A DNA stretch of 63,736 bases, counting the filler, from Bigelowiella natans CCMP2755 (Eukaryota; Protista; Cercozoa): the NCBI GenBank assembly GCA_000320545.1. It is 5 parts of 5 records of this genome, joined end to end, with 100 filler letters (N's around TTAATTAATTAA, not from the genome) between each part and the next. Parts side by side here need not be neighbours in the genome. Positions count along the whole stretch, not along the records: positions 1 to 16,005 come from ADNK01001938.1; 4 more parts are not named here. One strand, given 5' to 3'. Each line of letters starts with the position of its first letter. Position 1 is the stretch's first letter. Under the pieces are notes generated by a model. It was not told the origin of the DNA and ran no database searches. It worked only from the letters and a program-made list of their open reading frames with translations. The translations under genes and the position numbers were made by a program. Of this stretch, positions 1 to 12,372 are shown one piece after another.

Positions 1-118
1 AGAGAGAGCACAGCATATTTGTGTCATTTTGTGAATTCGAAGAGCTCGAAGTGAATGACGGCTCTTACGAAGTTTCTCCTGCCCTTTCCCTCCCCCCCCC
101 CTCCATCCCCTCCTCTAC

Positions 119-771
119 CTCTCCGCTCTTCCTCGTTATCACATCCCATTTTTCCGGGGTCGTAACCAAGATCTGCGTCTCAGCGATCTCCCTGTAACAC
201 AGCAATGTGAGGAAGAAGAGGAGGGTCGGGGCGGGGGGCGGGGGGCGGGGGGGTGAAAACAGGCACAGAAGAACATATTTCAGGTGTCAAATACGCTTTT
301 AAAAGATAGAAACGACTGCTGTTCTTCCAGTAGAGGTGTTGGCTCTGTTGTTTTTGGTTTGTTGCTTTCATCACCGTTTCGTCAGCTGCATATCTCCGGT
401 GAGCTCTTTTATCTCCAAGCCAAGCGGATTCAAGCGCTTGCTAAATTTACGCACCACCTTCATGCAATGAACCAACACACACACGCACATAACGCACACA
501 CGAACTCAGATTAAATAAATATATAGACCGTCGAAAGAACAAACATCATAGAATTTCATCAAAGACGGACAGACGCTAACAACGCGAAGTGGTCAGTATT
601 TATTTTTGGATCTCTGTACCTCTTGGGCCAGCGCCTTCATCGGCGCGACAAAGACGATCTTGAATTGGTCCTTCTGCAGCACCCCATTCACCAGATGCAG
701 GCCGATTTCATGGAGAATTGTGAGCAGCGCGACGTTTGTCTTCCCTATTTTGAAGATGTGTGTGTGTGTGC

Positions 772-810
<39 letters not shown>

Positions 811-894
811 CACATATTTGTATATACCAACATACATAAATTCCTGTTTCTTTGCGGGTAGGTTACTTCGTGCTATTCGTGATGGTTTTCGCAA

Positions 895-932
<38 letters not shown>

Positions 933-1434
933 ACTATCTATCTTCTCTCTTTCTCTCTCCGATTCTTTCTTCTTCCCCGACTCCCGGTGTCACTCTTTCT
1001 TCTTCCTCTGATAGCATATCCAATCCCCATTCAAAGCCCCACCTGCCCCAGTCGGCGCGCAGACGAGCATGTTTTCATTGCTTTTGAAGGCCGTTTCGAA
1101 GCATCTTGACTGAACCTGGTTCAGGCTCTCGATGCCTAATAATGACCGACTTAAGAAATGAGCGCGTGGAAGGAAGAGCGAGCATTCTGTTTGCGCGCTG
1201 GAGGTTGGTTTTCAGGGGGACCTTTCAGTGCGACTTGCGCGTAGTCGGGTAGGGTGCTGATTTTGACTCGTTCGATCTTTTTGGCGGGGTCCTGGATTTT
1301 GGGAGGGATGTAGACCTCGGTGACACCTGCACGATGGTGGGAATGGAAGGATGGCCAGCAGCGATGAGGGTGGGGGGGAAGGTCGCTTCGGACGATGGCG
1401 ACGATGATGATGATGATGGTATCTCTGTGTGCGC

Positions 1435-1500
<66 letters not shown>

Positions 1501-2974
1501 AAGATGATCCAAATTTCACGAGGGCTTCTATCTCCCCCCCTTCCCCCCATGCATGCGCGATCAAGCGATATTGTCGCGGCTGAGACCTTTTTCGGTTTTG
1601 ACCTCCGCTCCTTTGGGAAGGTTGGTAAGGCCTGCAACGATGCCCTCTCCCACCTGCCAGCGACACACCAGATGAGCAAAATAGCTACACATCGGCTTTG
1701 CGCAATGCGCTGCGCTGTAGCGTTCCATCCGCTCCGCCATCATACCCGCAACTGACTCCGCAGCTCAGAGAGCTCCTTCCTCGTCGCCTCCTGCTTCAAT
1801 TCCAACGCTGTCGGTCCTTGGTTGAAGAACGTACCTTTGGGAAGGACACGTCAGCGGCGTGGGCGAGTGTTCGGTTGTCGCTTCCCCCCCCCCCCTCATG
1901 TGAGTGTGTTTTAAGGGTAGCGAACAACAAGTGTACACCCGCCATTATTTTCAAAGGGCGGCGGATTCGGCGCAGTTTGTGCTGTACCTGCCCTCTTCTC
2001 CCGTTTCTGCTTTTTCCTGGCCGCTCGCTGGCGCCGCTTATCGCCCTCGCTCCGCACGGAGACGCTGCCGACGATGTGGGGAGCAGTGGATGAACCCCCC
2101 GCCCCTCCCCCTGCAGGAACGGTACGGTGAGATTGAGGAGGCGCTTAGGTGATGACCGCACGCCAATCGTGGTGATGGTGATTGTAACGAAAACGAGCAC
2201 ATAGGTTCATGCTTCTCACACAGCCTGCTCACTACACTATGCAGAGCTTAAAATCCCCCCCCCCCCTTCCCCCCCCCCCCCCCCCTCCTTTTCGTGCAAC
2301 TGTCAGGAATGGTCACATATCAGATGCTGTCGATGCGCAATGCTCCGTGTTGATGGTTGGGATGGTACTTTGGGGATCTAGCGCCACTTGCAGCTTCTTC
2401 TTTCCTTTAATAGCTCGGGCAACGATCATAGTGCGTTTATCGAGGAGCTTGGCTATGAGGTCAAAGGCCTCAAAGCCGAATAAATCCAGTAGCTGATTCT
2501 AAGAGAGGAAACGGTTGAAGGGGGGGGGGGGGAGGGGAGAACGTTGCGGTGAAATATAACACATCAAGCTTTAACACTTTGCGAATTCCGAGGAAAGCAC
2601 GCCACAGAATGACGCAATGGCGGAGAGAGTGAACGCCTCTTGCACTTTATTTTAGTAGAAACGGCTTTTCATTGTAGGCTGCGAAGACCGTGTTAGTATC
2701 GTAAGAGGCATGGCAGCTACAGCAAGATCAGCCCTCCCTTAAATGAAGCTTCCAATGTTCTCTGTACTATATCGTTACCTGGATTGCGTCGCTGCTTGCC
2801 TTAGAACGTAAAATGACAAGAGCTTGGTCCGCCTGGGAGGAGGGGGGGGGGGATTGGAGAGGTAGATATACATTTGATCAACCGTGAAGGATGGAGATCT
2901 TGAGCTGCTCATAGCCGCTTCTATTCGAGTGCCTTCTCCTCCCTCTCTCCCCTGCCCCCCCTCCCTTTCTCTGG

Positions 2975-3013
<39 letters not shown>

Positions 3014-3054
3014 TCTCTCTCTCTCTCTCCCTCCTTTTTCTTCTCTCCCTATGA

Positions 3055-3093
<39 letters not shown>

Positions 3094-3649
3094 TGTGCGT
3101 GTGTAAGTGTGCGTGCGTCACTTATCGCGAACGACAACGGCAGCACATTACCAGCATCGTCTCGGTAAGAATGGGCTCTCCATAGTCCGTGAACGTGGCG
3201 AAACGTTCGCACGTGCGCGTTAGCCAGTCATAGTCGTAGCTCTCGTTGGAGGAGGAGGAGGAAGATAGGCTCGACGCTGCCTGCTTCACATCCTCGCCCT
3301 GCACGCTCGATACTCCCCTCCCCCCACCCCCCTTCGAGTCCGCAGCCGCCTCTAGACTGCCTTCCGAGCCATAGTAGCGGGAGATGTCGTATCGCTTCGA
3401 GGGAGGTCGCTTGGAGGGGGACTTCAAGTCAGCGTAGACAGTCGAGGTTTCCTCTGACCACTTTTGTCCAGCCGAGCGTGCCGTTGTGGCGGACTTCGCA
3501 TCCTTGTCCTGCGATTTGCGCTCGGGGCGCTGCCGCTGCTGCTGCTGCTCCCACGCTTTCAGCTCGCGCGCAATGGCGGTTGATTCTAACAGGGAAGGAA
3601 GGAGAAGTGAAAAGGCCCACACAGGCAACACCAAAACCAAGGGGTTCAT
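119..3649 (-). CDS. ASCC3: ASCC3/Slh1-type Ski2-like DExH helicase, multi-exon, 5' part only (gene runs off window start); apparent N-terminal signal peptide
   Basis: Minus-strand GT-AG exons read manually: [20 protein letters not shown] (~2420-2492), [12 protein letters not shown] (~1585-1650), [40 protein letters not shown]|[30 protein letters not shown] (1044-1136, 620-744), [28 protein letters not shown] (376-458), [22 protein letters not shown] (119-192). These match the ASCC3 first helicase cassette better than Brr2. First exon is the ORF at 3122-3649. Internal boundaries are approximate. Confidence 0.88.
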
Positions 3650-5559
3650 GCCGAAGCATTGGACGCGTGAAACCTCGCGGTTGACTATCTGCTGCTAGTA
3701 CTACTCACACAAAGCTAGTTGGGATTTTTGATGTGCATGATAATGGTATGAGATGGTTAAGGCGAGTAGTAATTTACGTGCGATGAATGATGGGGAGAAA
3801 GGGAGGAGGGGATGGGGGGCTGCGCTCAGCGTTTTTATTTCTTTGGTGTATAAAAGGGGAGGGGAGAACCTGCTTCTATTATTTTGTACTAGTGCTACTT
3901 ATAACTGCGCATCGATATTTAGTTTATCACCCTCAAATTCTTTATCGCTCATCCTGCCAAGGTATTTGAAAACAACTTCCCTGATAAGAAACAAGTGTTA
4001 ATTTCACATTTCGTCCCCGAGGTTACCCCCCCCTCGCCAAGAGGCTCTTGCTCGAAGCAAGCGAAGGATTCGCACAGAACGTAATGATATATAGCATCAT
4101 TTTCTGTTGGTTATCTAACGCTTTTATCTTGCTGCTATCGGTGTCTTAGAAGCAGCTGAAAAGCTTTCAAACGCGCCTATGTTTTCGTAAGGTTCGGATA
4201 TATCCCCTCGATGAATTCCTCTCCTTTCCATTTCTTCTTATTCAAATCATTGTGTCGGTTTGTCCTCACTTCTTGTGCTGCTTCTTTGCTTTCTTCATAT
4301 TTATGGCCTTGTAGAGCACTCGAGCGCCGCTACGTGATGCAAAGCAGCGCGTCCATAATTGAATTAAACACAAGGACGTGGGAAGTGAGAAATCATCATC
4401 ACAACCATTGCCTAGCTGCAGGTGTAACTATGAGGAAGTTATGCTAACGTAGATAATCTAAAAATGGAAAAAAAAAATCTGATTGCGGAGATATGAGCCG
4501 ATTCGATGTTCTCCTCCATGAAAAGTTACTTCACGCAGCAAAAGATACCTGGCGACGCTTTCAGGGTCCGCTGCTTCTTGTCCAAGGGTGTCGCTTCAAT
4601 GTGAAATACAGAAATTCAACCCTTATTATGTCTCATGAAATTCACGGAAGAGCGTTAATGGGTGCGCTCTCTCTCTCTCTCTGTGCGTGTGTGTGTTGTG
4701 TCTATGTGAGAGCGTGTGCCTGGGAAAAGTATTCCTATCAGGGTAGAACCAAACGTACGTACCGAACTAAAGCGAGGAACTCGAGGAATTTGGGTCGAAT
4801 CGAACGCTTGGCATGCTCTGCAAAACGAAGAAAACAAACCACATCCGTACTCAGCACGCAAGCCCCCCCTCCCGCTATTACATCAACAACTATTCTGATC
4901 GCGGGGTGTCGTTCATTCGAACAGTGTTTGACAGCAATAGTACTGATTGAGTTGTACCAGAAGCGCCTTCGGTGAAATTCTTCCAGGTCATGCTTTTGCG
5001 ATGCTGCGACTCAGCCGCCGTGCTGAGCCAGTACAAAATCGCCGAAAGTCAGTATCCAACCGGGGGGGGGGGGGGGATGGGGGGAGGTTAGTCGCCATCG
5101 GCGTGCATGGTGAATCCAATGGGTAGTCATAAAAATTACATCTCAATCCGGCGCCGCTTTAGGAGCTCTTGCCGTCGCATTCGCTCCCAGCCAACGTTGA
5201 GGTCCCCGTGCTACGATGATACAAACATGGGCTTAGTCGCGCCCCTTTCATAGCTTTTCATCGATGCTAAAACTCAAAGATTGCCTGTCTGTAACAATTC
5301 TTACACACCTGGGTCATCTGCTTTCGGAGGATCGTCCCAAGAGACATTTTGCTGTCGTCTTGCTCGTTTGACCTGTGGTGGGGGTAGGGCACCCCGTTCA
5401 AGGAACGCGTTGAGCTGTTTTTTTACGGTTTTTTTTTCCTTTTCTTAGAAGTTTTTTGGGTATAATTTTGTCCAAAATTAAACGCACGAAAGGTTCTGAG
5501 TCCTCGAGCACTTTTGGGAAGAATCCCGCACAAATTCTTGGCCATTTCCCGGAACATTA

Positions 5560-7385
5560 CTCGACACACCTTTGGGTAGATTTGCGACTTGAACCCAAAT
5601 GTTAGATGCGACTTGACACTTGTGGAAAAATCATTCTCAAAGCGCATTTGTCGCAAGCATGGTCCCACATGAGACTTGAATTCCGAAATTCCATGGGAAT
5701 TTTGGCCTGCGACTTGCCATATTTGTTTGCTAATAATTGACCTTCCGACCCTTGATCGTGCTGCTTCGCAGTCCTGCGCCAATTTTCATCGTGTTGATTG
5801 TTCTCAGCTCCAACAGGGTGCTGACAAGTCCTCGCAACGACTGTTGTTGAGGCTCTGATGCATGCAAATGCCTGTCTCCCATGTGGTTCTGGCGCATGTA
5901 GATTTGATCATCGCTTCATTCATCGTTCATTGTTCGTTGTTCAAGGTGCCACGTTTCGTGCTTTGCAAGTGACACTTTGGAGATGCAGTCGTTCAACAAG
6001 TTTCAGTTTCCATTTTTCTTTCTCTCTTCCCGCACGCATGACAAGTGGATCTGCGTGCAGCCTTGTCCACGTTCGTTTGCACTTGAAGCCACGTCCAGAC
6101 GTGCCGTGCACGCTGGCACGTGCAACTTCAGAACGTCCTGACTGTCCTGACACCTCTTTTGATTTTGTTTTTTGCTCTTCTAGACGAGCTTGCCCAAGAC
6201 CATCCATGCCTGAAGAGAGCCCTCTGGCCAACCATTCATTGAAAAGTGTCACAAATGAACCTTTGGACAACCTCCACAATGCCGTCTCATCGAGCAATGA
6301 GCTCTGGAGCTGGCAAGCTTCGTTGGAGGATGCAAAAGGCGCCAGGGCGCACTCTGATCGACACCAATCCCAACAACGTTGGTCACCGGCCAGCCGGATC
6401 AGCCACGTTGAAGACACAAGTCCGTCAAACCTGTGACGAATCGCCAGAATGTGCACTTGGAAGCTTTTGCGCGCGACCAAGCCAGCAAGCGCGTCATGTG
6501 ATGCAATTTAGCAATGGACATTGGATTTGCTCGCATTTCTTTGAAATTTTTCGTGCATGTCACACTTGGTCAAACGCACATGCAAAAGCATTCAAAATGT
6601 GGCAGAGAACAAACGCGCAGCGTGCTAGCGTGCATCCGCTGCACAACGGGTGTGAATTTTCACACTTTGAGGCCTTGAAAATGGACATTTTGGTCAACAC
6701 TTCGGTCATTTTTTCAGGTTTGGCCATCGGACAAGTTCTGATGACTTTTCTTTGACTGACTGCAACTGCCTGCTGCTTCAAAGCGCGTCGCAAAGCGCTG
6801 CACTGTTCACAACCCCGTCGTCATGCACCGGGTTTGACGGACTTGTGAGAAGCACGAAGTTTTTCTGGGTCGGATCGTGTTCAGTGAATGTCATCACTTG
6901 CTGGCACGGTCCAGACGGTGTGCACAACTGGACGCGTGCGCGTGTGCTGCACTCGTGCACTTCTTCTGGTTCTTCAATGAAACACTTTTCTGATTCGATT
7001 TTCAAATGGATGTCCAATGTGCACAGACAGGCGGGAGGTGCAACAAATTGTCAAACTTTTCATCCAGACACGCAGGAGCACGTGTCAAACACCACGTGCG
7101 CCGTGTCCACTGTGCCAGTGTGGTGTGTGCGTGTGAAGACGGTTGTTCCAGGCGTTGAGCACGTCAAACGTTCACAACAGCATGTCCAACACGGTGCACA
7201 GGACCACATCTAGACATGACTGACGACACTGCTTGCATCATGTGGCACTTGCCATTGCAATCACAGCATGGAACAAAGCATTGATCAAAACCACATCGGG
7301 AACATCGGGAGCTTCGTCGAAACTGATTTCGCAAGTTCCTTCTGGCTTTGTTCGGTGCCGAGGCACCGATCCAATTTCTCCCATC
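5560..7385. repeat. TpA-depleted, TG/CA-rich island (hypermutated repeat/TE relics)
   Basis: Almost no TA except in CTA/TAG; CpG abundant; overlapping Tyr-poor, Cys/His-rich ORFs in several frames; contains the MITE at 6417-6845. Confidence 0.8.
6417..6845. mobile_element. Non-autonomous DNA transposon (MITE, Tc1/mariner-like), copy A, 429 bp
   Basis: 15-bp TIRs CAAGTCCGTCAAACC (6417-6431) / GGTTTGACGGACTTG (6831-6845). Flanked by CA and TG, which fits a TA target-site duplication after TA->CA/TG change. A near-identical inverted copy lies at 50273-50674 on another contig. Confidence 0.85.
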
Positions 7386-7569
7386 GACTCAGTGTAATTA
7401 ATGTCGCAGGTAGTAATTCAATCGCGAAAAGTCAATTTCTCTCCTGTCCAGAACGTTCTCGAGTTGTCCTGGAGAAGAAGAATCGCGGGAACTTTCTGAC
7501 GCCTGCTCCGCTTGGGCCTTGTCGCAGTCGAGTTTACGGATCCAAGCGCGGAATGGTTGACCGTCTCCC

Positions 7570-9162
7570 ATGAATTTCAGTTTCACCTACCCAAAGCACT
7601 GGGTCCCTATGGGGGAGGACGAAAATGTTAAAGTGGTGGAGTTGGCGCGGTCGGATCCTGATTGGTCAAGGATTGGGGATCGCGTCTCCGAGAGCTTACC
7701 GAACTTTCGCGTCGTTCGGATGAGGAGAATCCAGCACAAGCCCCTCTGGAGGCTGTACCAAACGGGCAAGCTCCTTCTAGCCACTAGGCTCGGTCGTCCG
7801 TACAGCGAAGCTCTTGACCTCAATGAGAAGGAATTATTTCACGGGACGCACAACCCAGACCCCATATTTGATGAGGCGGGAGGGGGCTTCGACTTTCGCA
7901 TATGCCGGGGCGGTGCCTATGGTAAGGGCGCGTACTTTGCCCAGCATGCGGCGTATCCTGTTTTCGTTCATCCCAGGGCAGCGAAGCAGAATGGTGCCTA
8001 CGAATTGTTTGTCGCTCGTGTGGCGCTCGGGACTCCTCGAGACTACAAAAATGCCTGCAAGGGAGATCTCATTCGCCCTCCAATCGAATCAGATGGCAAG
8101 AACAAGAAGGCGCTCTACGACTCTGCGACAGGAACGGAAGGCAATTTGAGATGGTTTAAGCACCACGATCCCGAGATCCAGGCGAAGATCAGGAATTCGG
8201 GGTCATTCTACGGAAAGCAGTACATCGTGTACGCCAACAACCAGTCTTACCCGTCACTTTTAGTCGAAATCCAGCAGCTTCCCGTCCTGGAGATGTTTTC
8301 TCTTCCTATGATGTGGACCAAGGAAAAGGGGCCCATTCTAGCAAACAATGGGAAAGGCGATAGAAGGCACCCGCGTGAGTTCGAGTACCCTGTAGCTTTT
8401 GAAGGTCCTCCAGAAATATGTTCCTGGCTCAGCTGGATTGACGTAGGCTGCCATAATCACCACGGCCGCATCCACGTCGAAAGCAAGACATCGAATTCCA
8501 AAGCAACTGTTGAGTGTGCTACTTGGTTAGACTCGCAGGTTCATGGAGCTGAGGTCACTTCCTTAGCGTATCGCAAGACAGGAAAGCTCGCCCATCGACG
8601 TGTTTTTCTTCCGGAGCGGCTGGAGGAGAAAGGGGTGGTGGGAAGTGAGGCTTCGATCCACGAAGATGGAAAAGCCATGGCAGATCAACGAGCAATATTC
8701 GTTGCTACGCGCAAGTTGGATTGGGATCACAGAAGGAATCTAAGGTTCAACTTGACTCACACGGATGGATGCAAGTTGTTTTTCTCAAAGTGGGCCGATA
8801 CGGTCTTGTTTTCCGTGTGCGCCATGGTGATAACATCATCTCTCCCACTCTCAAAACTCCAAGCTGGGGAGATACGCTTTGACCATGCACAGTTCAAGGA
8901 GAAGGCTTGGGAAAAGGACGAGTGGGGCGGAAAGTGGAAAGCGTTCAACGTCAGGTTCGCCCCAGCTTTCAAAGAAAAACCCAAGGTTGCATGCGGCTTT
9001 TCAGCTTTGGACTGTCGCGGGAGTTCTGCTAGGCTCAAGGTGACCCCATCAAACATCACGAAAGAGGGCTTTGACGTGGTAGTGGGAACCTGGGCGGACA
9101 CGGAAATTTTCTGGTGCAAGCCAACATGGATAGCTCATGAGGGGCAGCTGGCTGCTCTCTAG
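7570..9162 (+). CDS. PARP-family ADP-ribosyltransferase fused to three H-type lectin-like domains (530 aa, intronless)
   Basis: PARP catalytic motifs: RIQHKPLWRLY, NEKELFHGT, YGKGAYFA, LFVARVALG, YDS, QYIVY..NQSYP. C-terminal repeats with the H-type lectin pattern F..P.V...S.LD......R+.V......GF....TW.D......WIA; the third (FAPAFKEKPKVACGFSALDC..RLKVTPSNITKEGFDVVVGTWADT..TWIA) is clearest. Confidence 0.88.
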   Translation: MNFSFTYPKHWVPMGEDENVKVVELARSDPDWSRIGDRVSESLPNFRVVRMRRIQHKPLWRLYQTGKLLLATRLGRPYSEALDLNEKELFHGTHNPDPIFDEAGGGFDFRICRGGAYGKGAYFAQHAAYPVFVHPRAAKQNGAYELFVARVALGTPRDYKNACKGDLIRPPIESDGKNKKALYDSATGTEGNLRWFKHHDPEIQAKIRNSGSFYGKQYIVYANNQSYPSLLVEIQQLPVLEMFSLPMMWTKEKGPILANNGKGDRRHPREFEYPVAFEGPPEICSWLSWIDVGCHNHHGRIHVESKTSNSKATVECATWLDSQVHGAEVTSLAYRKTGKLAHRRVFLPERLEEKGVVGSEASIHEDGKAMADQRAIFVATRKLDWDHRRNLRFNLTHTDGCKLFFSKWADTVLFSVCAMVITSSLPLSKLQAGEIRFDHAQFKEKAWEKDEWGGKWKAFNVRFAPAFKEKPKVACGFSALDCRGSSARLKVTPSNITKEGFDVVVGTWADTEIFWCKPTWIAHEGQLAAL

Positions 9163-9164
9163 AT

Positions 9165-9960
9165 TTGGTAGCTGGAGTGGTCACATCTTGCCCGCTGTTG
9201 CATTATTCGCGGGCGTGCGTGCATTGCAGCATGCATGTGTGCACGTACACGACTGTTAACAGAGCATGCACCGTAAACATGCAGAGTACATGCACCAAAA
9301 ACAGAGCTAGATGTGTTCATCTAGCTTGCAAAAAGGCAATTAGCAGAAGCATTGTAGATCTTGTGACAATGAGAAACAATTTCGATGCGATCATGTCATG
9401 AGCATCATGCTACGGTGTGCAATGAAGCCGATTTGTCTAGCTGTTATTTCCGCCGGTGCGCCATACTAGCATATCTATATATGCAATTTCTAGCTAGAGT
9501 GCATGTGCCTGCCTGCGCACGGCCTCGCACCATTGCAAGACAATATATACATGTGCGTACATGTGATGGTCATAAGAACATGATCTCGATTGTGAAATGT
9601 GCGCAAATAAGCAATGAAGCACATGCAAAGCTGTAGTTTGTATTAGTGCGGCATTGACATTGTGTGCGCATGCGTGTCTGCTAAGATTGCACCTCTCTGC
9701 TAGACCTGCTCTGTTTTAGTGATCGAGTAGCTATATATTAGGCATGCACTACATGCACCATACGTTGCACAGCCCCCATGGTCTGCTGATGAGCTGCTAC
9801 TAAGGGAGGCTTGGGGAGCTATACCTTCTTTCACAAGCTTTACAGCTAACCTCAAGAATGATGCAAATGGCCTTGCTATTTATTCCCGGAAGCACATTGC
9901 ACTGCAAGCTGTGCGAATGCGATGCGAGAGAAAATAAGGCACACTGAGCTACTGCATCAT
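9165..9960. repeat. CTAG/GCATGC/TGCA palindrome-rich low-complexity intergenic tract
   Basis: Dense gctag, ctagc, gcatgc and tgca motifs starting directly after the PARP-lectin stop. Similar tracts occur at 17280-17945, 23850-24390, 27000-27570 and 32890-33300. Confidence 0.6.
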
Positions 9961-10638
9961 TGGAAGCAACTGTTTGCTACACTCAAGCAAATTGACAAAA
10001 CGACGTCATTGAAATGCGGGATAGCAGTCTTCATCATATTGCAAGCTCGATATGCTAGACTCCTCCTGGGAAGCAAGATGTAGCAGCACCGCGTAAATGT
10101 GTGTGGAAGTAGAGGACTTATAAATCGCTTTAAAGGACACATTCAGGCAAATATCAGCGGGTATCACGATAGTCACCCTCATTAATACGAACTAAAATGC
10201 ACTGAAATAAAAAATAATGCACACACACACACACACACACACAAACATTTTCATTTTATACAAATATTGCATTAAATATATTGACAGAGGAAGAGAAACA
10301 CACACACAGAGAGAGAGAAGCAATTACTGGTGTGAACCTGCTTCGATACAGCTGCTGCATCACGAAGGTTGACAGCCTGAGAGGGGGGTCTTAATACAGA
10401 CGTCATACGAACAAACACGACTATTTCAGAAGAACTGCCAATATTTCTTCGAGATAACATAACAGGAAGCCATTACGAAGAGACGAGCGAATTCCGTGCT
10501 AAATCAACAGTAGACCCAGATCTACTATGGCTTTGGCAAATGCGAAAGCAAGATCGCTAGGAATGACGCGGAAGGAATCGAAACGTTACGTCACTAGACA
10601 CAATTGGTATCAACATATCATGTGCGTGTGTCCATGCG

Positions 10639-10679
<41 letters not shown>

Positions 10680-11249
10680 GTTAGTGTGTGTTTATCTGCA
10701 TCGCGTAATATCGATAAGTCAACCACGGTATATGTTCGGTGCAATTACTCGTCAAGCTCGATCGGTTCTCCAGGCTCGTCAAAGCAGCAACACTTTTTCT
10801 GCGCAAAGACCAAGAATCATCTTCGTTGAATTATTTGCAAGGAACAAACACAAGAACGCATCACTGCTTAGCGGCTCATCACGGCAGCAGCGTCCAGGAC
10901 ACAGCCTGCAATTGTCGCCCAAATGACGCATTTGAGGAGGCTTTTGTTGGACGCTTTGTCAAAGAAATGAGCGCGGAGCAGCTATTTACTTATGCTTCTA
11001 CCGACTCTGTTATCAAGCCGGGTCGCCGCCTCGCGAACAGGCCGCACAGCTGCTCTTGTACTTATTTACTCACTTTATTTTTCAAAGTGTCTAGCGTCAG
11101 GGTGCGTGCGGTGCGGCTCACTAGCAGGCTTACGATTTTGACGGACGGGTAGTAGACGTTCCAGAAGTACATCGCTACGACGCTCCAGTAGCTGAGAATG
11201 ATATGTGTGGCGAAGAAGAGCGCATTTGAACTCAAATGCGTGTATGTAC

Positions 11250-11295
<46 letters not shown>

Positions 11296-12332
11296 AATAT
11301 TAATAAACTTGCGATGTATCTATGTTCTAAACGGATGTGCTTGTGTACGCAAACACGCCAAAAAAGCTATGCGACACACTTATGCGGACACGGAGACTGT
11401 ATCTGTGTGTGCGCGCATGGTATATCTTCAAGGTGTCGGTGCTGTGAGTGCAGCTTACTCTACAACATCAGCTGCGGCGTCGTAGTGTGAGGAGCTTTCA
11501 TAGTTGTAGTCACTTGAAGAAGAGACATAAGAGCGATTAAAAATTAAATTTCGATTCGGAACACTCCTTTACCCCCCCCCCCCCCCCCCCCCCCCCCTCC
11601 TTCCCTCACTCTCACACAAACTCCTTCGTATAGAAAGCGGCAGGGGGAAAGAAAAAAGGTCAACGTTGGAAGCGAATGAGCGCGTGTAAGCACGAAATAA
11701 TTTTCAAAGAAAGAAGCTTTCTTCGTAGGGCAGCGCCTTTATCACTCGAGCATTTTTCCAGCCAAAGTCCCCGCCGAAAGGAAAGGGCCATGCCGCAAGA
11801 AGGGAAACTGTTCTTTCTTTTTTTTTCCCTCTCTCCAGTCGTTCCAGGCCCCAACATACATGATGAAGTCGAAAGCGCAAGCATGCATGTGGCCTCTAGC
11901 TTCTACCTCTTGCCGTTGTCTTCATAAGCAGATACTACGAGGAGAGAACAAGCGATGCTTCCAATACTGCCGGTGAGAGAACAGGACGTGGAGACTCACA
12001 ATGAAGTAATGGATAGAAGGCAAATGCACACCACCCGGATATATCTCCCCCCATCGGACCTCCCCCTTCTCTCCCTCTCTCACCGCCCGACGAGAAAACT
12101 AAAAAGGGGGCATGCGCGCAATCAAACCGTCAACAAAACAACGACAAGATATTCGAAAATAAGAGGATTTGTAAGCAAACGGCACACCCGCACACGACGA
12201 GCAGCACGATGAGCGTCCTTTTCAGCGTGGCGTCCAATGCTAAGAAATGATTGCGAATGTTTGCCGGCTGCTGCAGCTCATTGCCCGGAGCATTTGGCCC
12301 TATCGATTGCTCTCTTGACGTAGCAACGTATC

Positions 12333-12372
<40 letters not shown>

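Noticed and set aside
606-3121. ORFs with poly-IY, SL, HT, ER or CV runs (also elsewhere in the window)
   Set aside because: Translations of (TA)n, (CT)n and (CA)n intronic microsatellites or antisense frames of real exons.
5423-7586. ORFs of 100-190 aa upstream of the PARP-lectin gene, including 7268-7573 overlapping its ATG like an operon
   Set aside because: They lie mostly in the TA-depleted island and cross the MITE; eukaryotic context; no recognisable protein.
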